A DNA stretch of 64,000 nt, taken from IMG/VR virus record IMGVR_UViG_3300035145_003993, positions 147,365 to 211,364 of that record, one strand, 5' to 3'. The position numbers were made by a program, and so were the translations under genes. Shown here one piece after another: positions 9,276-18,739 of the stretch (position 1 is its first letter; each line of letters opens with the position of its first letter). Below the pieces are notes generated by a model. The model did not search any database, was not told the DNA's origin, and saw only the letters and a program-made list of their open reading frames with translations.

Positions 9276-12200
9276 TTACTTTGTCTTTTTTCTAGACTTT
9301 CTAGTTTTAGGCAACTTAATAGTTTCTAAACCAAACTCAGAATCTAAATAATCTGCAAAGTCTTTTCCAATTAATAAACTTCCATATAATTCTTTGTAAT
9401 TTTCAAGAGCTTCCTTTGAATCTTTACCAATTTTATCAAATACTTTTGGAATTAATACATCGAAATCTGTTCTATTTTTAAATTCTGATGATGCAAATGC
9501 TTTAATAATTGATTCATCAATATCACTATCAGACATAGAATAAATGTGATTTATTAATTCATCTGCTGTTGTTTTAGTTAATATTTTTAGATCTTCATAT
9601 ACTGATCCAATGATTCCATTTGGACTAAACATATCATCTAATAATTTTTCAACGTCTTTTCTATTAAATTCGCCACCAAAAAAACTTTTAAGCTGATCAT
9701 CTTCATCCCTATTAGAATTTAATTTTTCTACTTTACCTATAAGATATCCTTTTCCTGGATTTAAAAAATAATCTCTTTGACTATCTCTTGTACTTTTTGC
9801 AGATGATTTTGATATCCCTTTAGATCCGGAAGATCCTAGTCCCGATAGTTTTTGAACTACATTAGCAATTGAAACAAAAATATTTTGTCCTTCATCTTTT
9901 TTGATTTGCTCAATTCTTGGACTAGATGGACTTAATCCTGGTGCAAGAATATCTTTTCCATAATGAGTATCAAAATATTCTTTAGTTGCTTTAATAATAC
10001 TATTTTTTGTTCTTCCTTGGATTTTTTTCTTATAGAAATTATCAAGTAAACCTATAACATATAAAGAAAAACCTGATTGATTTCCAAGAGAAGCTTCAAG
10101 AACTAAGTAAGAAGAAAAACCTTTATCATTTTTCGATAAATCCTTTAGTAATTCATTATAACTAGCTTCATCATCATCTGATAGTATTTTAATAGAATTT
10201 ATTTTTTCTGAAATTTCTTGTGCGACAGAATCATCTCTAGCTTCATCAAAATATCTTTGGAGTAATTTAGTATCTGTTAATATTTTACTAATTTCTGAAA
10301 AGTAATCTGAAACGTCTTCTAGTTTCTTTGATCTTTTGTATTTTCCTTGTAATTCTAATTGTTTTAATTGTGAAGAAGAAATAGCCACATCTGCTTCGTC
10401 TTCGTTTTTAGAAGGAACTCTTACGAATGATTTATCATCAATCAAATCAAGCTTAACCAAACGTTCAGTCCATCTATCTGCTGCTGCAGAATATATTCGA
10501 GCTTTTTCATCTGGATTACATGAATAAAACAACTCTTGAGACCAAGCCTTTTGAGCTAATTGTCTAACACCTGCTCCACTTGCAAACTGGCCATAGGACA
10601 TATGAGAAATATCAACGTCAGTAAGGTTTTCTTTTTTATCAAGACCAAACTTAGAAACATGTTCTTGTGTCTTTTTAATTACATCATCTATAGATGCATA
10701 ATTGTCATATAAGTCTCTATAGAACTTTCTTTTTTTATCTACATTAATAATATTAATTTTATCTTTGTATGATAGTCTTTCTAGAATTTCTTTAATTTCA
10801 TTTTCTTCTTCTTCACTCAAATCTTCAGCAGGAATAGTGTCTGGTATATTAATAATATTACCAAATTCATCTTCTTCGATTGGATTAAAAATATCTGGAT
10901 TAACTCTTTCTGTAGATTTCTTATATAAATCATTTAAACGTTTAATATCATCAGAAATTTGTTTCATATATTTCTGAAGTTCGAAAACAGTTAATGATAA
11001 ATTTCTATTTTTACTAGAATAATCTTCTAATTCTTTTGTAACATTAATTTCTTCTTCAATATAAAAATTGTCATCTTGATCAGGATCATCAGATATTCTT
11101 TTATCAAATTCAATATTTTGCTGTTTAAGCTTTTCTAATTCATCGTCAGATAATCTAGGTTCTAAATCAAAATCAGCAGTATATTCTTGATTTAAAGGGT
11201 ACATAATATCTAATTCTTGTTTGAGTTCTTGAATACTTTTATTTCTAGAAGAACCAGATCTAGACCATAGTCTTAATAGTACTTGTTCTCTAATTAAATC
11301 ACTTTCTAAGTCAAAGTCGCCTCTAGATAATTCTTCTTTAACATCTACAATAATTGATCTTATTTCTTCACTAGACAAACTTTTTCCAAGACCGACACTT
11401 CTTCTAAAACTCGAAACAGCGTTTTTAAGATTTAATTTTTGCGCTTTGTCTAGGGAAGAAATCATTCTGTCTTTTTCTGAATCACTAATTCCTAACATCA
11501 TATTAGACTGAGATTCGAGTGTTAAATAAACTTCTATTGACATTATTATCCAAAGTTTTCTTTTTGCTAATAGAGATAAATCATTTTCTTGACTAACACC
11601 CGAATTTTTGAGCTTATTTGAAACATAAACAACTAATTGATCCCAAGGTTGTAATACAGCAGACTTTTGACCGGCAACATATTTACCTGTTCCCGTAAAA
11701 CCTAAAGCTTTTGCTATTTTGTTATTTGAAGGACCTTTTGAAAATCTTTTTTGTTCTTTAGATTTAACTTTTTTATAAATAGATTCAACAGGTTGTGATA
11801 AACTAGGTGCTGGTTTTAAATCACTATCAGGCAAATCATCTAAATCTATTTCTGAAAAGTCTTCTTCGTCTTTTTTCTGTTGAACGCTATCTAAATCTTC
11901 AGATCCAAATTCATCGTCTAATTGTTGTTGAATCATTTCTAGTTCTTCTTGAGAAGGACCCTCAATATTATCTAAACTTCTTCTTCTTCTTCTTGAAGTT
12001 CTTGATTCTAATAAATCAATTTTATCTTCTATTGATTTAATTAATATATTCTCTAGTTTTAAATCTAATTCTTTGTTAACATAGTTAACTTTATCTAATT
12101 CTTCGTTAATTAAAGAGTCAAAGTCTCTAATACTTTTTGAATATTTTAAATCAATAGATTCTTTTATTTCTTTAATAAAATCATTCGTGATATTATTTTT

Positions 12201-12410
12201 CAAAAATTCAAAAATATATTTTTCATTTGGAAGATCTCCATTAGTTAAATTTAAAGATCTAACTAAACATTTGAATTCTTCAAAAAGAACTTTATTTTTA
12301 TTTAAATCACTCTCGCTTAATCTTGAAAGAGCATAAAACTTTCTTTGATAATCTTTGTTTTTAAAAGAAAGAAGTTTATTAACTCTATATTTTAGTTTGT
12401 TATTCGTCAT
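9276..12410 (-). CDS. large hypothetical protein, 1044 aa, with acidic linkers
   Basis: Long ORF; possible HTH-like segment (LTDVDISHMSYGQFASGAGVRQLAQKAW). Confidence 0.75.
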   Translation of the reverse strand: MTNNKLKYRVNKLLSFKNKDYQRKFYALSRLSESDLNKNKVLFEEFKCLVRSLNLTNGDLPNEKYIFEFLKNNITNDFIKEIKESIDLKYSKSIRDFDSLINEELDKVNYVNKELDLKLENILIKSIEDKIDLLESRTSRRRRRSLDNIEGPSQEELEMIQQQLDDEFGSEDLDSVQQKKDEEDFSEIDLDDLPDSDLKPAPSLSQPVESIYKKVKSKEQKRFSKGPSNNKIAKALGFTGTGKYVAGQKSAVLQPWDQLVVYVSNKLKNSGVSQENDLSLLAKRKLWIIMSIEVYLTLESQSNMMLGISDSEKDRMISSLDKAQKLNLKNAVSSFRRSVGLGKSLSSEEIRSIIVDVKEELSRGDFDLESDLIREQVLLRLWSRSGSSRNKSIQELKQELDIMYPLNQEYTADFDLEPRLSDDELEKLKQQNIEFDKRISDDPDQDDNFYIEEEINVTKELEDYSSKNRNLSLTVFELQKYMKQISDDIKRLNDLYKKSTERVNPDIFNPIEEDEFGNIINIPDTIPAEDLSEEEENEIKEILERLSYKDKINIINVDKKRKFYRDLYDNYASIDDVIKKTQEHVSKFGLDKKENLTDVDISHMSYGQFASGAGVRQLAQKAWSQELFYSCNPDEKARIYSAAADRWTERLVKLDLIDDKSFVRVPSKNEDEADVAISSSQLKQLELQGKYKRSKKLEDVSDYFSEISKILTDTKLLQRYFDEARDDSVAQEISEKINSIKILSDDDEASYNELLKDLSKNDKGFSSYLVLEASLGNQSGFSLYVIGLLDNFYKKKIQGRTKNSIIKATKEYFDTHYGKDILAPGLSPSSPRIEQIKKDEGQNIFVSIANVVQKLSGLGSSGSKGISKSSAKSTRDSQRDYFLNPGKGYLIGKVEKLNSNRDEDDQLKSFFGGEFNRKDVEKLLDDMFSPNGIIGSVYEDLKILTKTTADELINHIYSMSDSDIDESIIKAFASSEFKNRTDFDVLIPKVFDKIGKDSKEALENYKELYGSLLIGKDFADYLDSEFGLETIKLPKTRKSRKKTK

Positions 12411-12784
12411 TATTTTTGACCTTTATTAATAATTTGTGTTGCTGATTTCCAAATTTTTTCTGCTAAATCATCTGAAATGTCTTTATTATCATCTAATATT
12501 GATATCATAGCAGAAGATAACTCAACAGATTTCGGGACATAATTTTTATCTCTTACATTATGATTTTTTTTTAACATTGATACAGAGACAAAGTCATCTG
12601 CTGTAAGAGGAGTATTTAATTCTAAGTCTAGTTCTTTTTGATCTCCGTTTAATTTAGATCCTGTAGTATCAAACATTGTTGTTCGACTGCTTGTAAATCC
12701 ATCTGGAAACATTTCTTTTATGCTATTTTCAAACAAAATGTTTTTAACAATATCTCTAAGATCTTTTTTTGTCAAGTTACTCAT
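12410..12784 (-). CDS. hypothetical protein, 124 aa
   Basis: ORF with RBS; leader LRDIVKNILFE. Confidence 0.7.
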   Translation of the reverse strand: MSNLTKKDLRDIVKNILFENSIKEMFPDGFTSSRTTMFDTTGSKLNGDQKELDLELNTPLTADDFVSVSMLKKNHNVRDKNYVPKSVELSSAMISILDDNKDISDDLAEKIWKSATQIINKGQK

Positions 12785-12831
12785 ATTACTATAGCCTTAT
12801 TTTTATAATAATTATTTAATGTAAAAAGATT

Positions 12832-13149
12832 TTAGTGATATTTTATTTTATTTTCAAATCCTTCTTCATTAAGGACTATACTTTCTAAAACTAAATTAAG
12901 TATATTTATTGAATAAGAAAGACTTGATATATCTTTTTGTAATAAAAAGTTATTCTCTTCTATAGCATTAATTCTTTTTTTTAAAAAAATATTTTCTTCT
13001 TGAAGAGAATTTAATTCTTTTTTGTTTTCTTCTATTTGATTATTAAGATTATTAAGACTTTGTAATACTTCAAAAAAATTATTAATATTTTTTTTAATCT
13101 TTTTTAAATGGTGAATTTTCTTCGATTGCACTGTACAAGTCCTTTTCAT
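12832..13149 (-). CDS. coiled-coil hypothetical protein, about 105 aa
   Basis: Heptad-like L/I spacing; the true start is probably internal. Confidence 0.55.
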   Translation of the reverse strand: MKRTCTVQSKKIHHLKKIKKNINNFFEVLQSLNNLNNQIEENKKELNSLQEENIFLKKRINAIEENNFLLQKDISSLSYSINILNLVLESIVLNEEGFENKIKYH

Positions 13150-13396
13150 TAATATCTTTAAGATTGTTTACTTTTTTATTTTTTAATTCATCAATTCTTT
13201 CGTGAACAAGTTCTTTTAAGTAAAGATCGTCATTAACATATTTTTCGGCCATTAATCTAAAAAATTTTTGCATTGACATTTCATCTAAAAAAAGCTTTGT
13301 CCTAAGTTTCTTGTGTAATTCTCCAGGAAACTCAACATGAATTGTTTTATTATTAATAATTTTTTTGACTTGTTTATTTAATCGTTTATTTTTCAT
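13094..13396 (-). CDS. ribbon-helix-helix (Arc/CopG/ParG-like) DNA-binding protein
   Basis: KTIHVEFPGELHKKLRTKLFLDEMSMQKFFRLMAEKYV: alternating beta strand, Pro, helix, SM-turn, helix. Confidence 0.6.
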   Translation of the reverse strand: MKNKRLNKQVKKIINNKTIHVEFPGELHKKLRTKLFLDEMSMQKFFRLMAEKYVNDDLYLKELVHERIDELKNKKVNNLKDINEKDLYSAIEENSPFKKD

Positions 13397-14184
13397 TATC
13401 CTTGTTTAACTGCACCTGTTGCTGTATTATGTTTTGTGTTGTCTAAAACATGTTCAGGATATTCAATACCAAATTTACTATAAAGTTCTTTGTGATATAA
13501 ATCATCAAATTCTTGAACATTTTTTTCTATATTATCTCCACTATTTAATACTAATACATTTTTAGCTGCTTGTTTAACAATAAGTTCTTTAGCAAAAAGT
13601 TTATCAAAATTTTTATATGCTTTTATAGCTGCTTTAACATACTCTTTGACATCTGCTTCTTTTTCACTTATTTTTTTTACTAATGATGTACCTTGAGAAA
13701 CAACATTATCTAAAGATTTAATAGAACTCTCTAAATTTTCTACAGAGTCTTCTAGATCTTTTTCTGATTCTTCAAATATAAAATAATTTTTTAATGAATT
13801 TTTTCCAATTTTGAAGTTTTCATCTAGTTGACTTTCTATATAATCTTCAATTTTATTTATTTCTTCACCATTGATATGCTTCTTTTGCTCTTTTTCTAAT
13901 TTATTTATTTTTTTTGTAAGAGTTTCAACAGCTGCAATACTATAACCAATATCTTGAGTTTCTTGTTCACTTTTGTCAACAGGGTCTTCAGTGATATCTT
14001 CGTTAGAAGTCTCAGAACTTTCATCGGGAGTCTCAGAACCTTCATCGGGAGTCTCAGAACCTTCACCATCTTCGTCAGGCATATCAAAAGAAGGATTTTC
14101 ATCTTCTTCTACTAATAAACTTTTAAGACTTAAAAAACTATTTTTTTCTGTTAACACTTTATCAACTTTATTTAAAAAATTCAT
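13396..14184 (-). CDS. acidic hypothetical protein, 262 aa, with PDEGSET repeats
   Basis: ORF; LLVEE/LTE leader; internal heptapeptide repeats. Confidence 0.75.
   Translation of the reverse strand: MNFLNKVDKVLTEKNSFLSLKSLLVEEDENPSFDMPDEDGEGSETPDEGSETPDESSETSNEDITEDPVDKSEQETQDIGYSIAAVETLTKKINKLEKEQKKHINGEEINKIEDYIESQLDENFKIGKNSLKNYFIFEESEKDLEDSVENLESSIKSLDNVVSQGTSLVKKISEKEADVKEYVKAAIKAYKNFDKLFAKELIVKQAAKNVLVLNSGDNIEKNVQEFDDLYHKELYSKFGIEYPEHVLDNTKHNTATGAVKQG
14008..14065. repeat. 21-bp tandem repeat, about 2.8 copies, in frame (PDE[G/S]SET)
   Basis: agtctcagaactttcatcggg / agtctcagaaccttcatcggg / agtctcagaaccttca. Confidence 0.9.
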
Positions 14185-14193
14185 TATAACACC

Positions 14194-14916
14194 TTACAAT
14201 ATTTGTGATATTTTATCTGCTTTTTTAATTCTATCTTCAATAACTGACCATTTAAGTTCTTTCATCATTGCGAATACATACATTTTTCTATTTTTTAAAT
14301 AGTCCCTATAATAACTGTGTTCCCAACAATCCATTACAATAACTGGTATCATTCCAATCATTACATTTAAACTATGTAAATCTATAATAGTATTAACATA
14401 TCTTTTAAGATATATGTCATAATAAGTAACTGCCCAACCATTTCTAGCTGAAAGACAACATGCAATAAAATCTTCTTGCCACGCATCAAAACTTCCAAAG
14501 TCTCTAGCAAGCCTCATATAGCTTAATGAATTCATAGTAATATTACTATTTAAATCAGAAATATTTTCAAAATATAATCCATGAAGAAATGCTGCATTGT
14601 GATTATATGTTTCGTCTACTTTTAAGCTTCTAAATGATGAATGATTTAAATTAGCTAAAGATTTATCAACGCCATCAAGATTAGCAGAAATTTCATTTAA
14701 TTGTTTAGCATAACCTTCTAATAATTCTTGATGAGATTTTTTAGTTTTTGAAGATAAAAGTTCAGTCTGTAAATCAAACTTTCCTGCTTCAATAACATAA
14801 GCCTCTGATAGAAGACTTTTTGGATTACTTGTTTCTTTCTTATTGTTTTTATTCAATCCATTTTCGCTCAAAGATGAATCTACAGCTTCTTTAATAATTT
14901 TATCTAAATTTTTCAT
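14194..14916 (-). CDS. Fe/Mn superoxide dismutase family protein with N-terminal extension
   Basis: Metal ligands in SHQELLEGY, NAAFLHGLYFENI, MDCWEHSYY; FGSFDAW; GWAV. Confidence 0.88.
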   Translation of the reverse strand: MKNLDKIIKEAVDSSLSENGLNKNNKKETSNPKSLLSEAYVIEAGKFDLQTELLSSKTKKSHQELLEGYAKQLNEISANLDGVDKSLANLNHSSFRSLKVDETYNHNAAFLHGLYFENISDLNSNITMNSLSYMRLARDFGSFDAWQEDFIACCLSARNGWAVTYYDIYLKRYVNTIIDLHSLNVMIGMIPVIVMDCWEHSYYRDYLKNRKMYVFAMMKELKWSVIEDRIKKADKISQIL

Positions 14917-15374
14917 AAACTAAAATTGTCCTCAAATTCTTTAATAGGTACGTCTAAATATTCTTCGTTAGAGTCTATATCATATACATTTGATTTTATA
15001 TCAACATTAAAAGACTTTTTATATTTAACTTTTTTATTAGGTGGAAAAATTTCACCTTTATTATTTTTACTAGGTTTCTTAGATTCTTTATCTTTTTCGT
15101 TTATTTGATAATAAGATTTTGACATTTCTAAACTATCAAGGCCTTCACCCGGAAATAGTAATCTAACAAAAAATTCACCACCTTTTTCAATAACATTAAT
15201 TACTGTATATAAAAAACCCGCTTTGTCTTTAACTTTTAAACCTCTAGCAGAAGCTATTAAGTCATTATCATCTTTGTCTCTAACTTCAATTTCATTTAAA
15301 TTTAAATAATGATCAATTCTTTTTTCATATTCTTCTTTTAAAAGATCAAATATTTGATTACTATTATTTTTCAT
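14913..15374 (-). CDS. hypothetical protein, 153 aa
   Basis: ORF coupled by ATGA overlap to the SOD gene. Confidence 0.7.
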   Translation of the reverse strand: MKNNSNQIFDLLKEEYEKRIDHYLNLNEIEVRDKDDNDLIASARGLKVKDKAGFLYTVINVIEKGGEFFVRLLFPGEGLDSLEMSKSYYQINEKDKESKKPSKNNKGEIFPPNKKVKYKKSFNVDIKSNVYDIDSNEEYLDVPIKEFEDNFSL

Positions 15375-15473
15375 TTAATTTATCTTTCTTGTGTAATACG
15401 CTAATAGAAAGCATACTAAAATTATATATATTATATATTAATTATATTTGTTTATTTAATCAATACAGGTAAA

Positions 15474-15890
15474 TTATTCTTTGTATTGTTCAACAATAAT
15501 AGAAGACTGTTTAAGAATACAAACTCCTGACATATCTCTATATTCTTCTTTGTATACAACCTTCTTGATTCCACTATTAATAATTGCCATAGCACAGTTT
15601 TCGCAAGGACTTAATGTTATATACATTACCTTATCTTTTGGATTATTATAATCAAGTTTTAAAAGAGCATTTATTTCAGCATGCAACAATCCGCTACATC
15701 CAGGTTCACTAGATTTAGGTTCGTTTAGCATTCCAGAAGCTCGTCCATTATATCCTAAAGAAAGTACTTGTGTGTTATCTGACGTTACTATAAGTGCTCC
15801 AACTTTAAAATCTGGATGATGACTTCTTTGTGCAATTGTTTCTGTCATTTTCATCCATATTTTATCCCATGAGGGCCTATTTATATTCAT
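15474..15890 (-). CDS. dCMP deaminase
   Basis: VGALIV, GYNG, HAEINA, PCENC zinc motifs. Confidence 0.93.
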   Translation of the reverse strand: MNINRPSWDKIWMKMTETIAQRSHHPDFKVGALIVTSDNTQVLSLGYNGRASGMLNEPKSSEPGCSGLLHAEINALLKLDYNNPKDKVMYITLSPCENCAMAIINSGIKKVVYKEEYRDMSGVCILKQSSIIVEQYKE

Positions 15891-15911
15891 AACTATTTTC
15901 TCCGAGGTTTT

Positions 15912-16388
15912 ATGTCTTATTTGTTATTAGAAAATTATATTAAATCTATTATAGAAAAAAATACAATTAAAGAACTACATGTTTTTGATTTTGATATGAC
16001 TTTATACAATCATAATAAAAAAGATTGGTTTGAAGATGTCATGTTAAATTTAAAAAAATCTTTAAAAGATCCAAGTGTAAGAGTTATTTTATGCACAGCA
16101 AGAGAAAAAAGCGAAAATTTTATATTAAAAACTGAGAAGTTGCTTTCTACACGTAAAATGTCTCTTGAAGACTTTAATGAGTGTTATTTTAAATCAATAC
16201 ATAGAAAAGAAAAAACTCCGATTTATAAATCTAATGTCATTTTAGATGAAGTTAGTTCTAACACTAATATTGTAAAAGTAAAGTTTTGGGATGATCGTGA
16301 AGATACTCTTAATCAAGTTAAAAAAGATTTAAAAAAATATAACGAAAATATAATTTATATTCCTGTTAATCCTTTAAAAATTGCATAA
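15912..16388 (+). CDS. HAD-superfamily phosphatase (PNKP / Swiss-Army-Knife-like HAD)
   Basis: VFDFDMTLY motif I, LCTAR motif II, FWDDR motif IV; GAGG RBS; one of very few plus-strand genes. Confidence 0.75.
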   Translation: MSYLLLENYIKSIIEKNTIKELHVFDFDMTLYNHNKKDWFEDVMLNLKKSLKDPSVRVILCTAREKSENFILKTEKLLSTRKMSLEDFNECYFKSIHRKEKTPIYKSNVILDEVSSNTNIVKVKFWDDREDTLNQVKKDLKKYNENIIYIPVNPLKIA

Positions 16389-17228
16389 ATCTTTTTTCCA
16401 AGATAATATTTTTCTTTCAAGTTTTAAACTTTTATCTTTTTCATTTGCGTCTTTCAAAGTTATTCTATTCCAAGGGTATAATTTTCCTGTATTAGAAGAA
16501 GTAGATATTGTTTCTATTCCTTTAATAGAATATAAATAAATTTTACTGTCATCAATTTCAACGTTTCTTTTAAATTTTAAAACTTTTGGTGGTCTTCCCA
16601 TTTCAGACATTTCACTATCTTGTATTAATAATTCTTTACTAGTCCAAGGAATTGCAAATTTAATTGCGTCTTCTTTATAAGGAGTTACATAAGAGTATTT
16701 ATTTAAGCAATTAAATCTACTTTGACTTCCATGATAATATACTCTTTTCGAAATTTCAGGTATATAATATTGAGGTTTTACTTTAAAAGGAATAAAAATA
16801 TGGATTTCTTTTTTATCATCGGGACAAGAAAACCATAGTTTGTAAGCATCTGCAAATCCTTGTATTCCTTTACAGAATATTTTTTCTTTTCTCGCAACGA
16901 ATAAAAATAAACATTTTTCAATTTCATTAGGTAAAAGTTTAAAGTAATATGAATATTCTCTTCTCTGTAATATTTGATCAGGGCTAGATTCGTTTGTTGC
17001 ATTAAAAAAAGAAGCTCTTAGAAAAGATGTATTTTTTTCATGATAAGGAAAATATTTTCTAATCTCTTTTTCAGCTAATTTAAGTCTATGTCCTTCTATG
17101 ACTTTATCGTATCTTAAAGGTCTTAAAACTTTTTTATATTTTTTGTCTTTTGAAATAAACCAAATATCTGATGTTAGAAACTTTGTACCTAAGTTTTTAA
17201 TTTCAATAGGGACATTAATTTTTTTCAT
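16374..17228 (-). CDS. hypothetical protein with possible ADP-ribosyltransferase-fold C-terminal domain
   Basis: YYHGSQSRF...YVTPYKEDAIKFA resembles the H-G-[ST] / Y-x-[TS]...A-x-x-[FY] ART core. Confidence 0.4.
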   Translation of the reverse strand: MKKINVPIEIKNLGTKFLTSDIWFISKDKKYKKVLRPLRYDKVIEGHRLKLAEKEIRKYFPYHEKNTSFLRASFFNATNESSPDQILQRREYSYYFKLLPNEIEKCLFLFVARKEKIFCKGIQGFADAYKLWFSCPDDKKEIHIFIPFKVKPQYYIPEISKRVYYHGSQSRFNCLNKYSYVTPYKEDAIKFAIPWTSKELLIQDSEMSEMGRPPKVLKFKRNVEIDDSKIYLYSIKGIETISTSSNTGKLYPWNRITLKDANEKDKSLKLERKILSWKKDLCNF

Positions 17229-17273
17229 TATTTCTCTTTTTATTATGTTTTAATTTTATTTTAAATTATTATA

Positions 17274-18134
17274 TTAAGACAATATTGCTTTGACATAATC
17301 TTTAATTAATTTGTGAGCATTTATAACTGTTTTACCTTGTACTCTTGACATCGTTAAAGAGTTAATAATCATGTTTCTATTAGCCAAACTAAGTTGATCA
17401 GGTGAAAGTATAAACTGCCTAAAACATTCTGCAAAAAACTCTCTTTCATCTGTAGATCCATATTCTGAAGGCATGTGTTTCATAATTGACTCAATCATGT
17501 TTTCTATTTTAGATAATGGTGTAAACTTATCAGATAACTCATAATCTTTACAAATTTGAGAAGAAATACTAGAAAAGCCACCTTCAGAATTATTATCAAG
17601 AAAGTCAGCAAAATCATAAAATGATTCTTCAGCATCGTTTAAAAGTTTTTCGTTTCTTTCATCATCATTATTGTTTTCTATTATATCTTTTATAGACTTA
17701 AGCTCTCTAATAATATTTGTATAAGTTTCTCCTATTAATGTTATATACTCACTTGAATCTGATGAAACAAAATTAACGTGTATACAATGACCTATTTCAT
17801 GTACTAAAGTGTTTATAAGTTGTTCTTCATTTTTAAATTTACTTAAATCAAAAACAATAGCTTTAATATCAGTTTCTAAAAAAGCTTTCCAGTTATGTAA
17901 AGCTGATTTAAAATTTTTATCAATTTCAGCTCTTTCTTTATTACCCTTAACAATGACAAGACTTTTAAACAATTCTGATAATGGTGTGTTTATTCTGAAC
18001 TGTTTAAATTTAATATTAACGTTTTCTAACCCACTAATCAAATTATTTGTCATATAAAAATCATCTTCTGCATTTTTTGAAAAATAAACTTTTATACCAT
18101 AATAGTTTTCTATTCTCGTAAATTCAATATTCAT
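17274..18134 (-). CDS. zinc metallopeptidase (HEXXH, anthrax lethal factor/MtfA-like)
   Basis: TLVHEIGHCIH plus downstream YGSTDEREFFAECFRQF..P..L third-ligand motif. Confidence 0.75.
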   Translation of the reverse strand: MNIEFTRIENYYGIKVYFSKNAEDDFYMTNNLISGLENVNIKFKQFRINTPLSELFKSLVIVKGNKERAEIDKNFKSALHNWKAFLETDIKAIVFDLSKFKNEEQLINTLVHEIGHCIHVNFVSSDSSEYITLIGETYTNIIRELKSIKDIIENNNDDERNEKLLNDAEESFYDFADFLDNNSEGGFSSISSQICKDYELSDKFTPLSKIENMIESIMKHMPSEYGSTDEREFFAECFRQFILSPDQLSLANRNMIINSLTMSRVQGKTVINAHKLIKDYVKAILS

Positions 18135-18739
18135 ATATCACCTAACTTGATTAAATGTCTAATTAAATTATTATCTTTCTCTTTAAAAGTCGTATAATGT
18201 TTTGCACAACGTGGCTCGTACATTCCTTTTGAACCAACTCTCTCTTCAGCAGATGCATTATTTATATCAAACATAGCTTCAGTAAAATAAGCATCTTGAT
18301 CACAATCAGTACAGACTGCTGGGCATATTTCTATTTTTGTTGCCCAAGGCATTATATTTTTTATATTCTCAAAAGGTACCTCGTTTGCGTCTAATTGAAT
18401 TGATGACACAATTATATTAATACCTTTACGATATAAAGAAATTAAAACAGAATCAATATCATGTATCATAAATGCTTCATCTACAGCAATCACTGTATTC
18501 GAATTATACATGTCTTCATTGACATAGCACAATATTTCTTCAGCATGATTAATACAAAATGCAGGATATGTTGCTCCTGTATGTGTGCTTATAGCTTCTT
18601 TCGTATAACGATTATCTCTTTTAGCTTTAAATGCTATTACTTTACGACCTTTATATAAAGATCGGTCTATATCTGACATTAGTTTTGTCGTTTTAGATCC
18701 GAACATAGGCCCTGTATATATTTTAAATGTTGGATTCAT
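18131..18739 (-). CDS. tdk: thymidine kinase (type II)
   Basis: GPMFGSKTT P-loop, VDEA Walker B, AVCTDC and YEPRCAKHY zinc/lasso motifs. Confidence 0.93.
   Translation of the reverse strand: MNPTFKIYTGPMFGSKTTKLMSDIDRSLYKGRKVIAFKAKRDNRYTKEAISTHTGATYPAFCINHAEEILCYVNEDMYNSNTVIAVDEAFMIHDIDSVLISLYRKGINIIVSSIQLDANEVPFENIKNIMPWATKIEICPAVCTDCDQDAYFTEAMFDINNASAEERVGSKGMYEPRCAKHYTTFKEKDNNLIRHLIKLGDI

Noticed and set aside
15391-15419. Plus-strand GTGTAA as a promoter
   Set aside because: No good -10 box at 17 nt (TACTAA), and it would point antisense into the deaminase gene
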